Of a stretch of DNA of 17,339 bases, positions 7,537-16,800 are shown piece by piece. The notes beneath the pieces were generated by a model, which had not been told where the DNA came from, made no database searches, and worked only from the letters and a program-made list of their open reading frames with translations. The position numbers and the translations under genes are program-made. Source of the stretch: Fibrobacterota bacterium (lineage in GTDB: Bacteria > Fibrobacterota > Fibrobacteria > UBA11236); contig JAYUVP010000283.1 of NCBI GenBank assembly GCA_043753995.1, positions 1-17,339 of the forward strand, written 5' to 3'. Every line of letters begins with the position of its first letter. Position 1 is the first letter of the stretch.

Positions 7537-8793
7537 TTAGCGGACCACATAAAAGGCCATTGATTTTGTATGATTAAAGTTTTTTACTTCAAGGATATAC
7601 CTTCCCGGCATAAGACTCTCAGATGGTAGTACAAATACCGATTTCGAATTGAATATATCAAATTTGAAATTTGGTTTTCCAGACAAAGAATAAATAGTTG
7701 CTCGAATGTTATCCTTCTGAAATGAAGATGGCAGGGTAAACGTTAATAAGTTGGACTCATTTTTAAATATGATCTTATTTTCATGAGACCTTAAGCCAAG
7801 GATATTAATAGCCAAATCATCCGGAGATGTTATGATTAACCCGTGATCACCCACGGCAACAAATTGGGATCCAGTCCAAGTGATAGAATAAATATCTTTA
7901 TTACCGGATAATTGCCGAGACCAATTTGTGCCATCAAGAGAGCTGTATATCGTCCTATTCGTTCCCGCCGCAAGGAGTAGCTTTCCTGTCCATATTACTG
8001 AAGTGAATTCGAAAATAGAGCCAGTGTCAATATCAGTTAGAATATGTTGCCAAGTGGCACTATTTTTCGAAGTGACAATCACTCCTCGATCGCCTACCGC
8101 AACGAGCTGATTTCCAGTCCAAGTTATAGAATTCAGGCCACTTATCGCTGGGGCGGTTCTTTCTGTCCACGCATTTCCATCTTGTGACGTGAGAATCAGA
8201 CAATCCGAATTTTGGCTTCCTACCACAACTAATTGGGATCCGGTCCATGCTATAGAGTGGAGCGAGATTCTTTGATTCGTATCTCTTATGGGCGTCTTTT
8301 CGACCCAATTATCTCCAGTATTGGAGGTAAATATTCCCCCTTCGTTTCCAACCGCAACAAGCAGAGCACCTGTCCATGCAATTGAATTGAGCAACCCAAA
8401 ATTCCCAGAACTTTTTTTGGTCCAATGGATTCCATCGTCAGAGTTTAAAATAACGCCATGTTCGCCAACGGCAAACAGTTGCTTTCCTGTCCAAACAATT
8501 GAGCGGAGCAGAAAATCATTCCCAAGATTATGTGACTGACTTGTCCATTTTTTCCCGTCTGTGGAGGTAATTACGCCTCCATCGCCAACAGCAACCAATT
8601 GACTGTCTGCCCAAGTGACGGAAAATACTCTTCTACTACTATTATCTTCCCATCCAGATATTTGTTCGGTCCAAATCGTTTGAGCAAATCCAGATCGTAT
8701 GAGTATTGATAGCAACACAAAAAATATTTTATCTAGTTGAAGGGTGCGTTTTGCGGTCAGGGTGCAGATGTTTGGGGCTACTCGGACTGTCAT
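7537..8793 (-). CDS. Secreted BNR/WD40-YVTN-like 7-bladed beta-propeller with T9SS type A-like C-terminal domain
   Basis: Seven repeats of S(I/V).W(TG/AD)..L.AVG..G.I..S.DG..W. The tail reads IRATIYSLSGK...LMPGRYILEV. The gene is AT-rich and the exact start is uncertain. Confidence 0.85.
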   Translation of the reverse strand: MTVRVAPNICTLTAKRTLQLDKIFFVLLSILIRSGFAQTIWTEQISGWEDNSSRRVFSVTWADSQLVAVGDGGVITSTDGKKWTSQSHNLGNDFLLRSIVWTGKQLFAVGEHGVILNSDDGIHWTKKSSGNFGLLNSIAWTGALLVAVGNEGGIFTSNTGDNWVEKTPIRDTNQRISLHSIAWTGSQLVVVGSQNSDCLILTSQDGNAWTERTAPAISGLNSITWTGNQLVAVGDRGVIVTSKNSATWQHILTDIDTGSIFEFTSVIWTGKLLLAAGTNRTIYSSLDGTNWSRQLSGNKDIYSITWTGSQFVAVGDHGLIITSPDDLAINILGLRSHENKIIFKNESNLLTFTLPSSFQKDNIRATIYSLSGKPNFKFDIFNSKSVFVLPSESLMPGRYILEVKNFNHTKSMAFYVVR

Positions 8794-8933
8794 ACAGTTT
8801 GATCAGGGAATGGGTGGCCAATTCGCATATTGCCTAGGGTTTTCTCCAGGGGCATTACTTTTATCTTTCTGTTTAGCCTTAACATTGCTTTAAAAATTTA
8901 GAATAGTTTTGGTTCCTCACATTCATTGAAGCG

Positions 8934-9077
8934 ATGCATTCCGCCTCCACCCCCCTCGTATTCGCGGAAATGAGTGACGGAGTGAACAAGGCCAAATGCG
9001 ATGATTTCGATCATTTCATCGCGATGAATTACGACACCATCGCCACTTACCGGATCACCAAGGCTAATCCTAAATAG
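8934..9077 (+). CDS. Small ORF or C-terminal gene remnant (47 aa)
   Basis: MHSASTPLVFAEMSDGVNKAKCDDFDHFIAMNYDTIATYRITKANPK*, with many C/G-ending codons like the host genes and no clear SD. Confidence 0.25.
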   Translation: MHSASTPLVFAEMSDGVNKAKCDDFDHFIAMNYDTIATYRITKANPK

Positions 9078-9135
9078 CAAAGGGCGCCAGAGCCCTAAGC
9101 CCCGAACTCGACCGCCGCCTGACCTGCTAGCCTAT

Positions 9136-10857
9136 CTAATTCGTCTCGCTTTTCACCTGGGCAACGCGGCGAAGCCAGAGGGCGGCGGTCAAATGGCGGC
9201 CAAGGGAGGCAGAGCGATCTTGCCCCGCCAAATGCATTTCCCAGTCGTGGCGCAGAGCCTTCATGTCCGTCCAGGCATCGAGGGAGAAGCCGGTTTCGGG
9301 AAAGAGATTCGCCGAGATAAAGTCCTGAGATTTTTCGGTGCGCATCCAGGCGTCGACAGGCAAGGTCTGTTTACCATCATCGGCGATCTTCATTCTCAAG
9401 GCGCGTTTGAGCCCTCGACCCGTGGCGGAGAAGCGGAGTTGTCTCTGCTCGGTACTTGGACGCAAGGCTAGGGGCCGTCCCGTGCGTTGGCAAGGAATGC
9501 GGTGAAAGTATTCAGGCCAACGCTTTAAAAGCATATGGCGATAGACTCGACCATCGCGTAATTGCGCTTCGGGAAGCGAAGCGATGGCGTCAATGAGTTT
9601 CAAGTCGAGAAAGGGAAGGCGAAAGCGGATGCGCGTCCCGGCATGGTGAAGGCCAGGCAAAAGTTGGCGCCGCCCTAGGTGCAGAAATTTTTCCCAAAGC
9701 GTCCAGCGATTATCGTCCAGATATCCGCCTCCAAGTAGGGCTTGGCCGAAAGCACCCGAGAGGCAATGGTCCATGGTTTTTTCGAGGCTGGGCAAGGTTT
9801 CGAAACCTTGCATGGCTTCGAAGGGCAATTGGCCGTCGGTGCACCACACACCCTCTTCGCGTCCTTGCAAACCCTGGTCGGGATGAATTTCGATGATATC
9901 ATGCCGGGCAGGACGCAATGCGGAAACCTGTAGCGCCAAATGAATGTCGCGACAATTGGGACGACCGAAACTCAAAACCGGAATGGGTTCTGCCGCCTTG
10001 GGAAATGCAGCGAAGAGGGCGCGTGAGTCGAGGCCACCGGATAGCCATAGGCCGCAGCGGCCTGCACCGGCAGTGCGACGCAGCACCGCTTGCTCTAAAA
10101 GACCGCCAAGTATTTCCGCGCTGCGCGCTAATTCGGGAGTCCGTCCCGCGACGAAAAGCGAGGCTTGATCGCCTTGGTCTTCGTCAGGTTCACGCCGCGA
10201 GGGCGGCCAAGTGCGATAGTTGCCGAGCACCACGCGACCGGTCGCGAGTTCATAGCGCAAATGCGAAGCGGGAGGCAAGAGTCGCACACCCTGAAACCAA
10301 GTGCTGTCTCCCAAAAAATGGCCAATGCGCAAAAAGTCGGAGGCAGCTAGGCGGTCGATTTCGAGCGCACCCAAGGCCAGTAGTCCCTTTAGCTCGGAAG
10401 AAAACCACAAGGCGCCCGCGGTTTCGCGCACATAGAGAGGTTGCAAGCCCAGGGCATCCGTGAACAAATGCAGGACGCCGCGCTCGCCATCGGCGATGGC
10501 GGCGCTATAGGTGCCATCGAGCTTGGCCAAGGCGCGGGCATCGCCGCGAGGCAAGACCAAGCCGCTGAACATCTTGACGATTTCAGCTGGGGTCAGGGGC
10601 GCGGTGTCGCCAAAGGCTTCGCCGTAAAAGAAAAGCGTCGCCTCGTCATTAATATCCTGGCGAAAGCCCGCCTCTGATCGCGGCCATAGGGCTCCCAGGG
10701 CCAAGGCTCCGGCCTCGCCCAGTTGCGGTACAATGGACATGACCTCGGGCGGGAGGGTGTCGTCGCGATGGCGCAGCAATTCTTGCATGCGGGCCAAGCT
10801 GCGCAAGGCGGCCTCGCGCTTCATGTTTCGGCTAGCGACGCCGAATAAACCGGGCAT
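9136..10857 (-). CDS. Asparagine synthase-like amidotransferase/ligase (AsnB family, polysaccharide-locus type)
   Basis: Ntn-like N-domain (LDG.Y.AAI.D, D.LG..PLY, FSSELK.LL), the PP-loop LSGGLDSR and R.PFLD. It starts MPG rather than MCG. Confidence 0.88.
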   Translation of the reverse strand: MPGLFGVASRNMKREAALRSLARMQELLRHRDDTLPPEVMSIVPQLGEAGALALGALWPRSEAGFRQDINDEATLFFYGEAFGDTAPLTPAEIVKMFSGLVLPRGDARALAKLDGTYSAAIADGERGVLHLFTDALGLQPLYVRETAGALWFSSELKGLLALGALEIDRLAASDFLRIGHFLGDSTWFQGVRLLPPASHLRYELATGRVVLGNYRTWPPSRREPDEDQGDQASLFVAGRTPELARSAEILGGLLEQAVLRRTAGAGRCGLWLSGGLDSRALFAAFPKAAEPIPVLSFGRPNCRDIHLALQVSALRPARHDIIEIHPDQGLQGREEGVWCTDGQLPFEAMQGFETLPSLEKTMDHCLSGAFGQALLGGGYLDDNRWTLWEKFLHLGRRQLLPGLHHAGTRIRFRLPFLDLKLIDAIASLPEAQLRDGRVYRHMLLKRWPEYFHRIPCQRTGRPLALRPSTEQRQLRFSATGRGLKRALRMKIADDGKQTLPVDAWMRTEKSQDFISANLFPETGFSLDAWTDMKALRHDWEMHLAGQDRSASLGRHLTAALWLRRVAQVKSETN

Positions 10858-10859
10858 GT

Positions 10860-11672
10860 CTAAGCCTTCCCGTCGGCAGGTTTGAGGGCGACGAAAACCG
10901 GTTCGCCTACCTCGCCGTCCGGAGCTAGGCGGTAATGCTCACGTAACGGTAACGCCAGCGCTTCCCAGGGCCTCTGAATCGAGGCAATAAAGCCGGCGAT
11001 GCGGAGGCGATCGACCAAGTCCAAGCCATAGAGGCGAACATGATCTTCCTGGCCGAAAAGACGACGGCGTTCGCGAGGATCGGCGACGCTTGGATCTTCG
11101 CGGGTCGGCCCTTCGCCCAGCGGCACCTGCAGTAAAAGCTTGCCTCCCGGTGCAGTCACACGCCATAGCTCGCGCAAGGCCTGACGGTCGTCCAAAACGT
11201 GTTCAAGCACGTGGCAGCATACGATCAAATCGAAACGATTGTCGCCATGCGGAATGGATGTCAGGTCAAAAGCCTCGTCGGCTCGGCCCGGCGCGCGATC
11301 GGCAGTGCGATAATCCCAGTGGCGCATGGCGCGAAAGCGAGCCTCCAGGGCGGGCTCGGGGGCCATATGCAAAACCCGCAGGGGCTTATTGGCGTCGAAA
11401 GGCGTTTCGCCTGCCTGCCCCGAGAAATAAAGCCAAAGCAGGCGATGCCGTTCCAGGGAGAGGCAGCGAGGGCACATGGCATTGGCCCGGGGAGGATCGC
11501 CCTTGGTCAGCATGGCGCGAAAACGTCCACCGCAAAGCGGGCATGCGAAGCGGTTGCCTCGGAGTAAGGCCGCGCGGCAGGCTTGGCGCCATGGGCGCAA
11601 CAGGTCTCGAAGAAAATTCATATAGGCAATGAAATCCCCCTCCGGAGCTGGGCCCGCGGGGAGTTTGGCCAT
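10860..11672 (-). CDS. Class I SAM-dependent methyltransferase with N-terminal Zn-ribbon
   Basis: CPLC...CPRC.SLERHRLLW, VLHMAPE, FDLIVCCHVLEHV.DD..AL.EL.RV..PGG and FGQEDHVRLYG. It ends 2 nt before the AsnB-like start, suggesting an operon. GAGG SD. Confidence 0.9.
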   Translation of the reverse strand: MAKLPAGPAPEGDFIAYMNFLRDLLRPWRQACRAALLRGNRFACPLCGGRFRAMLTKGDPPRANAMCPRCLSLERHRLLWLYFSGQAGETPFDANKPLRVLHMAPEPALEARFRAMRHWDYRTADRAPGRADEAFDLTSIPHGDNRFDLIVCCHVLEHVLDDRQALRELWRVTAPGGKLLLQVPLGEGPTREDPSVADPRERRRLFGQEDHVRLYGLDLVDRLRIAGFIASIQRPWEALALPLREHYRLAPDGEVGEPVFVALKPADGKA

Positions 11673-11790
11673 GGCAAATTACCCTCTTTGGTCAGTTTGG
11701 TCAGCATAGCATCCTACTCAGATACGGGAAGAATACCGGCACCGTGGGCCTTTCCTGATTCCGACTTGCGGGGAGAACTGGCAAAGGGTT

Positions 11791-12612
11791 ATGCTCGTCT
11801 GCATGATCATTGCGACGAAAATCACAGTATACGGCCCTTTCCGCGGGCTGCTCGTCGCTTTTGCCTTCATGTCATGTCAAAACCAGGAATTCGTCATTAA
11901 GGACGTCGCCTCGCGTGAAGGCTTCGAAGTGCATTATTCTCTGCCGGTGAAAGCCGGAAAAAGTGCTCTTGTCGATACGCGGCGCCCCGTGACTTGCTAT
12001 GACTCGGTGCTGGAGTTTGGCAGCTTGCGCACCTATCGTTATCGGCTTTCAGGTGATTCCTTGTTTTGGGACCGGCAGGAGGGAGGACCTGACTCTTCTC
12101 AGCGCGTGGAAACCTTCGAGATTTATGTCGCTAAGAATCGGGATGGCGACAGCGTGCAAGGACTTTGGCGATTTGTCGGACATGGTTATCGCCTTCTAGG
12201 AGACAGCTTGTCGCCGCAAAACCGAAGCATTTTACAGACGTCCTTGGCTCAAGCCGATAGCGGCTTGGCGGACTTGGGCATAAGGCTGGACATAGGCGTT
12301 GATACCGTTTGGATCCTCGGTGAAAAACCCTATTCGGAATGGATGCTGCGCTATCTCGAATCGGAGTGGTTGCCGCTTTACGAATTGACCTTGGTTGCCG
12401 ATGGCAAGCGCACTATTGCCATCAGCGGTTTGCGAACGGGCGAGATCTTGCACTATGCCATCGATGCCGAAGGCAATAACTATTGGACCAGCAATGCTTC
12501 CGCGCATGGGTCTTGGCGGCAAAATCCATTTTCAACCACTTGCCCTAATCCTCCCCGGCCCGCTTGGATTAGCGAATTTCTATCCGCGAATTTACGACTC
12601 TCGAAAAAGTGA
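11791..12612 (+). CDS. Hypothetical lipoprotein
   Basis: 273-aa ORF with a hydrophobic stretch ending in the lipobox-like LLVAFAFMS-C. The start may be downstream of 11791. Confidence 0.7.
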   Translation: MLVCMIIATKITVYGPFRGLLVAFAFMSCQNQEFVIKDVASREGFEVHYSLPVKAGKSALVDTRRPVTCYDSVLEFGSLRTYRYRLSGDSLFWDRQEGGPDSSQRVETFEIYVAKNRDGDSVQGLWRFVGHGYRLLGDSLSPQNRSILQTSLAQADSGLADLGIRLDIGVDTVWILGEKPYSEWMLRYLESEWLPLYELTLVADGKRTIAISGLRTGEILHYAIDAEGNNYWTSNASAHGSWRQNPFSTTCPNPPRPAWISEFLSANLRLSKK

Positions 12613-12656
12613 TTCGAATGAATTGCACCACCTAAGTGCATGTATTTTGACCCTCT

Positions 12657-13856
12657 ATGGCTAAAAAGGCTGGTCAACTCGCTTTACAAGGGGGACGCCC
12701 CGTGCGGTCGCCCGATCGTTTTCTGGTTTTCGGTGCGCCGCCCATAGGCCGTGCCGAAATCGCGGGTGTCGTCGACAGCCTCAAGCGGCGGTGGCTTGGC
12801 ACGGGACCGAAGGTGGCGCGCTTCGAAACCGCTTTCGCGGAATACAAGGACATGCCCTATGCGGTGGCCGTGAATAGCTGCACGGCGGCCTTGCATTTGA
12901 GCATGTTGGCTCTCGATCTCGGGCCTGGTGATGAAGTCTTGGTTCCGGCTCTCACTTTTTGCGCCACCGCCAATGCGGTTTTGCATGCGGGGGCCACTCC
13001 GGTGCCCGTCGACGTCGACCGGCACTCGATGAATTTCGATGTCGCCGACGCAGCAAGGAAAATCACGCCCAAGACCAAGGCCTTATTGCCCGTGCATTTC
13101 GCAGGCCGCGCTTGCGAAATGAAGTCGGTGATGGCCCTTGCCAAGTCCCATAAACTGCGCGTCATCGAAGACTGCGCCCATGCTATTGAAACCGAGTATG
13201 AAGGACAAAAGGCGGGAAGCTTCGGAGCGCTCGCCTGCTTCAGCTTTTACGCCACCAAGAATTTGACCACGGGCGAAGGCGGCATGATCTTGACTCGCCA
13301 TGCGGCCATGGCCAATCGCCTGAAGCGCCTGGCCTTGCATGGCATGAGCCAAGACGCATGGAAGCGCTTCAGCGATGCGGGCTATAAGCATTATGACGTG
13401 ATCGATCTCGGCTACAAATACAATCTCACCGATTTGGCGGCGGCCATCGGTTTGCCCCAACTCGCGGCGGTGGAAAAGCATTGGCTGCGGCGTCGCGCCA
13501 TTTGGAAACAGTATCAAGCCGCCTTCGCCGACTTGCCCGTCGACTTACCCGCCGAGCCATCCAAACAAGAACGTCATGCCTATCACCTTTATACCCCTCT
13601 CATCGGCAAGCGCTCAGGCGTGAAGCGCGATTTTGCGCTCGCGGCTCTTAGCGCCGAAGGTATTGGCGTGGGCGTGCATTATCGATCGCTTTGCGATCAT
13701 CCGCTTTATCGCCGCCGCCTGGGCTGGCGCCGCGCCATGACCCCGGTGGCCGGCGATATCGGCGACCGCACCCTATCCCTGCCGCTTTCCCCTGCCTTGA
13801 GCGCAGGAGACGTGCAGGACGTGATCACGGCCTTCCGAAAAGTGTTCGGGAAATAA
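12657..13856 (+). CDS. DegT/DnrJ/EryC1/StrS family PLP-dependent sugar aminotransferase
   Basis: AVNSCTAALHL, TF.ATANAV, IEDCAHA, SFYATKNLTTGEGG (PLP lysine), GYKYN and GIGVGVHY motifs. Confidence 0.95.
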   Translation: MAKKAGQLALQGGRPVRSPDRFLVFGAPPIGRAEIAGVVDSLKRRWLGTGPKVARFETAFAEYKDMPYAVAVNSCTAALHLSMLALDLGPGDEVLVPALTFCATANAVLHAGATPVPVDVDRHSMNFDVADAARKITPKTKALLPVHFAGRACEMKSVMALAKSHKLRVIEDCAHAIETEYEGQKAGSFGALACFSFYATKNLTTGEGGMILTRHAAMANRLKRLALHGMSQDAWKRFSDAGYKHYDVIDLGYKYNLTDLAAAIGLPQLAAVEKHWLRRRAIWKQYQAAFADLPVDLPAEPSKQERHAYHLYTPLIGKRSGVKRDFALAALSAEGIGVGVHYRSLCDHPLYRRRLGWRRAMTPVAGDIGDRTLSLPLSPALSAGDVQDVITAFRKVFGK

Positions 13857-13873
13857 GGCTAGGGCTCTGGCCC

Positions 13874-16800
13874 CTAAAACACGCCCATGGTCAGGCCGAT
13901 GAAAAAGCGCGGCTCCTTGACCAATTTCATGTATTGGTTGCGATCGGCTTGATCCTTCACGTATTGGGCGGGCGTAAATCGGATTGGAATTACGGTGCTG
14001 CGGGGATAGTCGAGATTGTAGAGGCCTTCGGCTTCCAATTCATTGAAGGGCATGAAAACTTGAAAATAAGCCGTCATGGGAATTTGATGATACATCAGGA
14101 AGGTGGCTGAAACGCGCAAGCCGAGATCGAAGAGAAGATGATGTTCACCTTTGTCGAGAATGTCGTAAATCTGATCCGGGCTTTTATCGAAAGTGGCTCC
14201 CGCGTCGCCGATGACGGAGAGTTGAACCTGATTGAGCGATGAAAACGGCGAGGGATAAGGAAGCTGTGCGCGTAATTTGAGGGGAAAATCCAATTCTAGC
14301 CGGCTATAAAACATGGCCTGGCCTTCAAGCACATCATCCCCGCGATAGGTGAAGTTATAAGGATAGCCCGGCATGCGGTCAAGGCCTAGCCTATAGGTCA
14401 TGACCCAGAGATTACCATCGGGATTGTCCACATAGGTCGTGTCGAAGTCCCCGCCATTGGAAGCCAAATGGGCGCGCACCCTGCTTTGGGGGAATTTTTG
14501 CATAAAGGTGCCGACATCGACGCTGAGCATGCCCAGGAAATTTTCGCCTTGGGACCAGGCTCCTACCACACCAGCATCCATTTGCCAGGGATTGAAGCTT
14601 TCCTGCATGGGTAGGTAAATACCGAAAGGTTCTCGGTCCTTGTTGAAAAGGCCAGCCACAGTCGCGCCGATTTCGAGATCGGAGGTGGCATAATTCGTCC
14701 ACCACTTGGTGGCGGATCCGAAAGCGACGAAGGCGCGCGGCAGGGGTGTGCCTGCCGACTGGGTTACCCATTGCCCATAAACGGCGGATAAGAAATGGCG
14801 GTGAATTTGCGCATCCCGATAAATCTGAAGAGTCTCCACGATGGGTTCGAAGGGGGTGCCATAGACGCGAGTATTACCTTGCATGTGAAAGGGAATTTGA
14901 TCATAGCGATTCACGATGTCGACATCCATCAATCGGCGATACCAACGGCCATAGGTTCCCAATAACAAGGTGCCCGGCCCCGCCTGAAGGCCCGAAAAGG
15001 GCAGGCTGGAAGAGTAAAAGGCCATGTCGGTGTAATAGGTTTGATTCAAGCGGGTGCGACCTTGAACGAGAACGCTGTCTATGCCGTCGAAGGGATTGAC
15101 GAAATCGTCGCCCATGGTGGCGATGCGCGCTTGTTGAATATGCGAGAGCGAATAATTGATATCCGGTTGCCAATAATGTTTCGTATGCCAGGCTCCGGGA
15201 TAGGTCAGGCCTCCCGAATAGGTGCCGCCATATTCCATGGGGGTATTGCGATCGAGTCGTTTGCTGACAAAAGCATCGAGGGCTTGGCTCACGCCACCCG
15301 TGATGGGCCCAACCGCCAAATTGAGGCCGAGATCGAGATTGATGGAAGAAAGCGTGGTGTCGTCGATAAAGCGCGGAGCCAAGGTAATGGTGGGCTCTAT
15401 GCCCCAGGCCACTCTTCGTGAGTAAGGCTCTTCGGATTCAAAAACCTTGCCCAGGTCTTTGCGCTTTTGCTTCATCAGGGAAAGGGTGTCGGTTGTCTTG
15501 GGCCAAAGGCCCGCGGCATTCAGCGCCACCGGACGGCGATAAAGACGGAATTGTTGTTTGTCATAGCCCTGATAATAAAGTTGGCCCTGATGGATGAGCG
15601 GCTCCAAGGCCTGGGTGCGGGCATCGGTCAGGCGATAAAGTAAGGTGTCATTCGGCAGCTTGGCATAGGCCTCATAGACGCCGGTTTTGCGATTGCTGGA
15701 AAAGAGTAAGGTGTCGCCCTGAAAGCGCAAGTCGCGATAAGCTGCGATTTCAAAGGGCGTGAGAAAGGTGATACTCTCGCCCTTGGCCATGGCCAGGGAG
15801 TCGGGGAAATTCGCGGAGTCGCGCAAGGCCTCGAAAGGATCGTAGCCCGCCGCCTTGGCCGAAATCAGAACCATGGCTTCTTTTTCGCCAAGTCCTAGAG
15901 TAAAAACAATGGAGTCGCCTTTGGGCGTAAAGCGCGGGTTATAGCATTGCTGTCCGTCACGAAAGTGGGTGAGTTTTTGCACTCGGCCCAGAGTATCGAG
16001 CACAGCCACATTGCTGCTTCCCTCCGCGAGCTGCACGAAAAGAATCACGCGGTCGTCGGCGGGATGATAGCTGGGATAGCCTGCACGCTCATTCCAAGTG
16101 AGGCGATGCCATTTTTCATCCTCGCTTTTATTGGCGAGAAATTCGTATTCCCAAAGGTCATTGTAGGACGAGTTGCGCCCATTGCGCGTTGTTAAGAGAC
16201 GCTTGCCGTCGTGGCTGAATTCCAGGCCGCTCGATCCCATTTCGGTGCTGCGTTCGCGGGCCAGGCTGAGAGCATCGGGCTTTTCTGGCGCACCTTGGCT
16301 CCAAGCCAATTTGCGAATGGCCTGCGATGGCGAAGAACCGGAATGATTCCAGGGTTGAAAGTCACGCGCATCCAGCCGAGTCGCGGAGTGCGGCGCGCGC
16401 GCGTCGGCAGGCAAGGCATGGCTATGTGAAGCGGAACCCTGATTGGCGGGCTGGGAACTTTGGCCTTGCTTGCCTTTCTCAATGTCCATCCAATAAATCC
16501 AGTTCAAAGCATAATGGCGATCGCCATTGCCGAGCCAAGCCATGGTTTTTCCGTCAGGGGAAAAGGCCAGGTTTTGCGAAAAGCTACCGAGTATGCGCGC
16601 ATCAGCGAATTCATCCTTCGCTTTGTCTTCGAAGGGCGCATAGATGTCGGCGAGTGATTTTTTCCAATCGCTGAAGAGTTGATCGAGGGATTTGCCGAAG
16701 GTGCTTTCCACGGCGCCACCGAAATGGAAAAAAGGTTTGGGATAGGCGAGACGCCGCACCTTTTCGAGTCCGAAGCGGTCTTTCAAATAGCGCAGAAAGG

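Noticed and set aside
7800..8640. Periodic nucleotide similarity resembling an array (GTCCA recurrences)
   Set aside because: It is explained by the seven protein-coding propeller blades. There are no identical repeats with spacers, so it is not CRISPR.
8898..9080. Minus-strand 60-aa ORF
   Set aside because: No SD or motif, and it is the antisense of the more host-like plus-strand frame.
12657..13856. DegT gene as the cognate CqsA-like autoinducer synthase
   Set aside because: Its motifs are those of the DegT sugar aminotransferase family, whereas CqsA/LqsA belong to the BioF/AONS family. It is also 8 kb from the cyclase.
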